Shown here one piece after another: positions 47,093-64,000 of a DNA stretch of 64,000 bases. Below the pieces are notes generated by a model. It was not told the DNA's origin, searched no databases, and worked only from the letters and a program-made list of their open reading frames with translations. This DNA comes from Macrostomum lignano (taxonomy: Eukaryota). The position numbers were made by a program, and so were the translations under genes. Location: contig NIVC01003081.1 in the NCBI GenBank assembly GCA_002269645.1, forward strand, positions 1 to 64,000, written 5' to 3'. Within the stretch, counting starts at the first letter, position 1. Each line of letters opens with the position of its first letter.

Positions 47093-48354
47093 CAATTTCC
47101 CAATCAGGTTTTTGGCAAATCAACTTTTCGCAAAAAGGTAATCAGCATATCAATTTCTGGCAGAAAGGTTTTTGGCAAATCATCTAATAGGCCTATTCAC
47201 TATTCCTGGCATGAGTCTGTCTGCAGACTTTAGTGTCTTAACCTACTTGGAAAAAAATATGTCCTTACAACTAGCCAAATGCCAAAAAAGCAATTTTAAA
47301 TAAGAAAAATAACTTACCGCTTTTCAATGGGCTATGACTTTGAGATTCATCAAACATTATAAATATAGAAATTTGGTAGGCTAAGCAACAGCAAGTCTGA
47401 CTACTAAACTATTGTCAGAATAAAATCTATAGTTAAACTTGAATAAAAAATCTGAAGAAAGTGCTTTTGTTTTAGTCTTTATTTAAAATTTTGTAAAAAA
47501 TGGACGGGAAAATCAGCTTTAAAATGATAGTTCGAAATTCGATCTTTTAAGTTTCAATGAATCTCAAAGATTGTGGTTGTGGCGTCTAAACTCCTAGTCT
47601 TGTATGTATAAATGTACTAAATAAATAATACACAAAAATATGTTTGCGTATAATCATTCATCAAGGATACTGAATTTTACTGGTCGCAGCTTGAAGTCTT
47701 CATCATGCAATGGCAATGCTATGCTATGCGTCTTGACTCATTGGGCATTAAAGGGACAGGTTTTTAACATTAACTTTCTTAGAAATAACTAAGAAAACTA
47801 TTTTAATTCGAAGCTTTATTAGTGTTATGTGTTGTTTTATTTTTTAATTTTTTTTTCCAAATATCTAAAAGTTTTAAAGCTTTTATTTTAGAAAGCTTTC
47901 ATTTTGTGTTAGGTATAATTATAGAAAATAAACTAACTGTGTTAAAGCGTTTTAAATTTTTAAATTTTAGATAAAATTAACACATTTTTCGAAACATATC
48001 GGTTTTTATTATTATTTATATTTAAAACTTTTTTCGGATATTTAACCATATTATCGATCAAATTAACGATAGTCACTTAGTTATTGTATTAAAAGAATGT
48101 CAAATCGTTGTCAAAAATAATTGCTAAGTTGTTTTAGTTGTCGAATTCTGGAGATAAAAAATGTAGGTGATGCACATAGGACCCCTTGGCTTTCTTGGAT
48201 GTTTCGGCATGTGTGAGGCTTCATGGGCCCTTCTGGAGCACATAGGGTTCGTGAAAAATATCGAACACTAGCTATCAAAATAATGAATGAATTAGTAGAC
48301 GTTTATCAGTATTCGACCTTAAGATAAATGCAAAAAACTAATGCAAAAAAACTA

Positions 48355-48462
48355 TGTCAGAGGTGGGATTTGAACCCACGCATCCTTTCGGATACCAGAA
48401 CGCTCAGGCAGCTAAGGTTGCACCCTTGAGTCTGGCGCCTTAGACCACTCGGCCACCCTGAC
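48355..48462 (-). tRNA. tRNA-Leu-CAA: tRNA-Leu(CAA) with 24-nt intron (48401-48424)
   Basis: GTCAGGGTGGCCGAGTGGTCTAAGGCGCCAGACTCAAG-intron-TTCTGGTATCCGAAAGGATGCGTGGGTTCAAATCCCACCTCTGACA; intact A/B boxes, long variable arm, T6 terminator 4 nt downstream. Confidence 0.95.
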
Positions 48463-48799
48463 TTGCTTACTATGGGCTGCCGTGCTGCAATATAAAGGCA
48501 TGTTCTAAAAATAACCTGAACAGGCAAGAGCTTGCCTTGCGCATTGCTTCTTGCTAATACGCGTTGCCTTCGAATACATTGTGTGGATGTATTTTGTTTT
48601 TAATTTTTTGAAAAAGGAACAGAACAGATCTAAACTGTGAAAATTTCATACAACTGAGTCGAAAACGACAGACCCATTCATTCGAATGCATGCATGTACA
48701 TGGTCATGGATGTTAATTTTTTAAAGCTGTGACAATTACTGTTATATCACTTGTACCTAACAGTCAGCAGAAATGAAGAAGACATTCGCTGCTTGTCCA

Positions 48800-49135
48800 G
48801 AAGAGAGGAGAGGAGAGGAGGAGAGAGAAAGAGAGGAGAAGAAGAGAGGTCGAGAGGAGAGGAGGAAAGAGGAAGAGAGGAGAGGCGAGGAGGAGAGCTG
48901 AGGAAGAGAGGAGAAGAGATGAGAGGGGGAGAGGAAGAGAGGAGAAGAGAGGAGACTGGAGAGAGGAAGAGAGGAGAGGAGAGGAGAGAGGAGGAGATGA
49001 GAGGGGGAGAGGAAGAGAGGAGAAGAGAGGAGACTGGAGAGAGGAAGAGAGGAGAGGAGAGGAGAGAGGAGGAGAGGAGAGGAGGAGAGAGGAAGAGAGG
49101 AAAGAGGAGATTAGAGAGAAGAGAACTGAGAAGAG
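48800..49135. repeat. GA-rich low-complexity tract
   Basis: Directly visible. Confidence 0.9.
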
Positions 49136-49789
49136 ATGTAAACATTCAGTTCAAGCGAGCTGGATTGCTAAATGTGAAGTTTCACCGAGGGCTGGATTCT
49201 GAGGCTAATTGCGGCACATGTGCTCGTGGGCCGGGAGGGAGTCCGCTGACCCCTGCCCTGCCGTAACCCAAGGTCCACACGTGCGTTTTTTCTGACATAA
49301 ATTACGACACAAGGTATCATAGCTCATATCTCGTCATTCTCGTAAAATATACAGGCATTTATTTTCGTATTGGGGGTGGGTAATTGTAGTAATGTGCGGG
49401 TTGCATGCCCCAGGCAAAAGTGAAAAAAATGGAGTCTGGGAGGGAAGGCAATACTTGTGAAGGGAAGGATGGAGAGCTATGGATATCATGTTTTTAGGAG
49501 CTCTCACTTATAGGGTGTGTCATAAGTAATGTCACTGGGAGGAAATTAACTGCATGACTAACTGGTAATCGCAGATGAACAAAAACTGTTATTAATCAAC
49601 AGCATATTATATCTATAGTGTCCCCAAATATCAATCACCTCCTCTGGCAGTGCTCGTATAGCTTCTCTAATCTCAGCTTTTCCGGATTTACTAAACTTCT
49701 CTATAGGAGAAACCACGTGGTCACGGTCGGCCTATAGAGTCGCCAGCTCCCAGCCAGTAGCCTTGCTGCTCTTGCCATCCAGGTGGAGC

Positions 49790-50170
49790 CAGCTGGTCTC
49801 ATTCTGGCCATTTTGGAGATGGAGATCCGATCCGTCAAGATGCGATGGACTGTCTTAAAATAAATCTGATCCAAGCAGTCCACTAGCTCACTGACAGACT
49901 GCCGCGGGTTGTCCTTAAGCAGGTCGCTGATGACATCAATGTTCTCTGGCATTTGTCCATGGTTGAACATGGCCGACCAGATCTGGCGTCATCTTCCGAT
50001 TCGACCCCATATATGGATCAGTATCGTGCTGGAACCACCTGTAAATTGTCCTGACAGTTGGGCAGTTGTCTGCTGCAGACTTTCCAAGCTTAAAGCGAAC
50101 GAAAGCCAAGCCCCAGGATGTGCGGCTTGTCGTGAATTTCATTTTAAATGAAAAAGTAACAAACTGCACT
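49790..50170 (-). pseudogene. Tc1/mariner transposase N-terminal (HTH) remnant
   Basis: KLGKSAAD..PTVRTIYRWFQ and PENIDVISDLLKDNPRQSVSEL..KTVHRILTD in adjacent frames; no catalytic domain or paired TIRs seen. Confidence 0.7.
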
Positions 50171-50823
50171 AAACATGATAAGCATGAAGCAGTCGTGTCG
50201 TACACATCAATCAGTACTTTTAGACTTTTAGACGCGTACAATCGCTTTGTAGCGATTGTAGACTCTTGCTTTTCTGAAGCTCTGCTGCAAATCCAAAGTC
50301 TGTGCACTTTTTACCTCATCACCAGGCCAGCAATTTGCATGCTTCGTAGACGCAATTAAGTCGAATGACTTAAAAACTAATTGTGTTTAAATGTTTTCGT
50401 TATTTAAATTTCGTGCACATTTAAGACAGTATTTATACATGCTTCAAAACATATCGGATTCTGTTAATTCATATCTGTCACTTTCTTCCCACATTTACTA
50501 AATTCAACGGGCAAATTAGACATATACTCGCCTGTTTATCGACTGAAAGTTGTCAAATAAATGGTTTGATCTTTAGTGTCTCGACAAATATGTGAATGAA
50601 TTGTTGTACAGTGGATGCTTCCGCAGAGGCATCTAATTGTAGATGTTTTGGCTAAAGCCTAAGAGATTGTGAGGCTCATGGGGATTTCTTCTTGGGTACA
50701 TGGGATTCGTTTAAAATATCTAACAATACCTAGAAACATAATGACTCGTTACTTTTAACTCGTACATATAAAAGTTGATCCTATTTGGCGTAATTGATAC
50801 AACAAACAAATACAAAAACGCTA

Positions 50824-50978
50824 GGTCAGAGGTGGGAATTGAACCCACGCATCCTTTCGGATACCAGAATGCTCAGCGAACCTCAGCCAGCCCAGCGAAT
50901 TTTTAGTAGGAAATTTTGTTGGGCCAGCCATGGTTGCACCCTTGAGTCTGGCGCCTTCGACCAGTAGGCTACCCTGAC
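50824..50978 (-). tRNA. Second tRNA-Leu(CAA) copy, variant or pseudogene, with 71-nt intron (50870-50940)
   Basis: Same exon halves as 48355-48462 but D-arm changes (TAGCCTACTGGTCGAAGG), discriminator C, and ~47 extra nt in the intron; T5 terminator retained; upstream flank homologous to copy 1. Confidence 0.75.
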
Positions 50979-51957
50979 TTGCTCACTGAGAGCTGCCATG
51001 TTGCAATATAAGGGCATATTCTAAAAATAAACCCGCACAGGCGCAGATATCATGTTACATGTAGCAATTTTCACCTCTGCTCTGCCTCGATCTTGTTACT
51101 TGTCGTGAACACTCATGCCATTATTGAGTATTTACAAAGTAAAAATTACAGAACAGATAAAAAACTGTAAAATGATCATATTATTAAGTCGAAAATCGTT
51201 TCTATTGCATGTCTATTTTATTTTTTATTTATAGCTTTATATTATAGGTTTCAAATTACATGTAACATGTACTGTAATACAAGGGAATCTCAACTCAATT
51301 ACGAGCTCATTAGTTGCTACCTTTTGTGGATTCTATTGTGTATTGGCGACCGATTGAAAGTAGATGTACATTTAAAGACTCGAAGAGTTTAAACAAAAAT
51401 CCACAAAAAACTTGTTATAATAAAAACAATCATTTATCTTTCAATCAATTTAAACTATGCGTGAATCTTACTACTAAGTAGTATAAATGACGCTTTTTGT
51501 CTATAACTATCATGCAAAGGGCCGAGAGAAAGAGAGTTGAAATGTGAACGCACGTATAGAGCAAAGATGTACATTGGGTTAGAGGGAGAGTGGATATAGG
51601 AAGGCAATAAGGCGAGAGGCCAGTCTATTGGGCGCCGGTCCTTCCTGCCCCCCCCCAGCCCCAACCCCCAAAAACGACCCCCCAGCAAGTTCACTGCTCA
51701 TTCCCGCCTGGGCTTTCTCCTTAAGCCTCCCCCACTTATTATAGAACACATGCGAGGCGCGACCTGAACTAAAAAAGTAAAGGAAACCCCAAGCATTAGG
51801 TAGACTTAAAGCGTCTTTACGACTCCTTCTCCCTTGCGACCCTCGCCCGTGTTGGACAAGAGAACGAGACGTGTTTGCCTTACTATTAAGCTTCCAATAG
51901 AATAATTAAACACTTATCGAATTAAAAAGCGCATTCAATCGAATCGACATAGTAATT

Positions 51958-64000
<12,043 letters not shown>

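Overview
Repeat-rich eukaryotic (metazoan) genomic DNA. The intron/tandem-repeat architecture and gene set suggest an invertebrate such as the flatworm Macrostomum; this is inference, not a database result. Host genes: multi-exon MOCOS (5' end truncated), a ZNF341 orthologue, intronless NOP10 and PIN4, a 69-aa single-pass membrane ORF, an intronless class A GPCR, a 165-aa orphan ORF, an LMX1-type LIM-homeobox gene, two intron-containing tRNA-Leu(CAA) copies, and a RING/B-box/coiled-coil TRIM gene (NHL-3/TRIM2/3-like) running off the right end. Mobile DNA: a full-length APE-RT-RNaseH non-LTR retrotransposon (LOA-like) inserted exactly on a ZNF341 splice donor with a 12-bp TSD; a near-intact Ty3/Gypsy (Mag-like) LTR element whose LTRs each carry three perfect heat-shock elements next to a TATA-like box; a decayed Merlin/IS1595-type DNA transposon; a mariner remnant; a CORE-like SINE. 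Almost every intron or intergenic gap holds a different tandem repeat. About ten single-base deletions in G/C runs look like long-read errors rather than biology. Strongest leads: the HSE-driven LTR, the donor-site LINE insertion, a recurrent dispersed palindromic 16-mer (TTTCGATACATATCGG), the tRNA copy with a hairpin-expanded intron, and a possible trans-spliced operon-like cluster.
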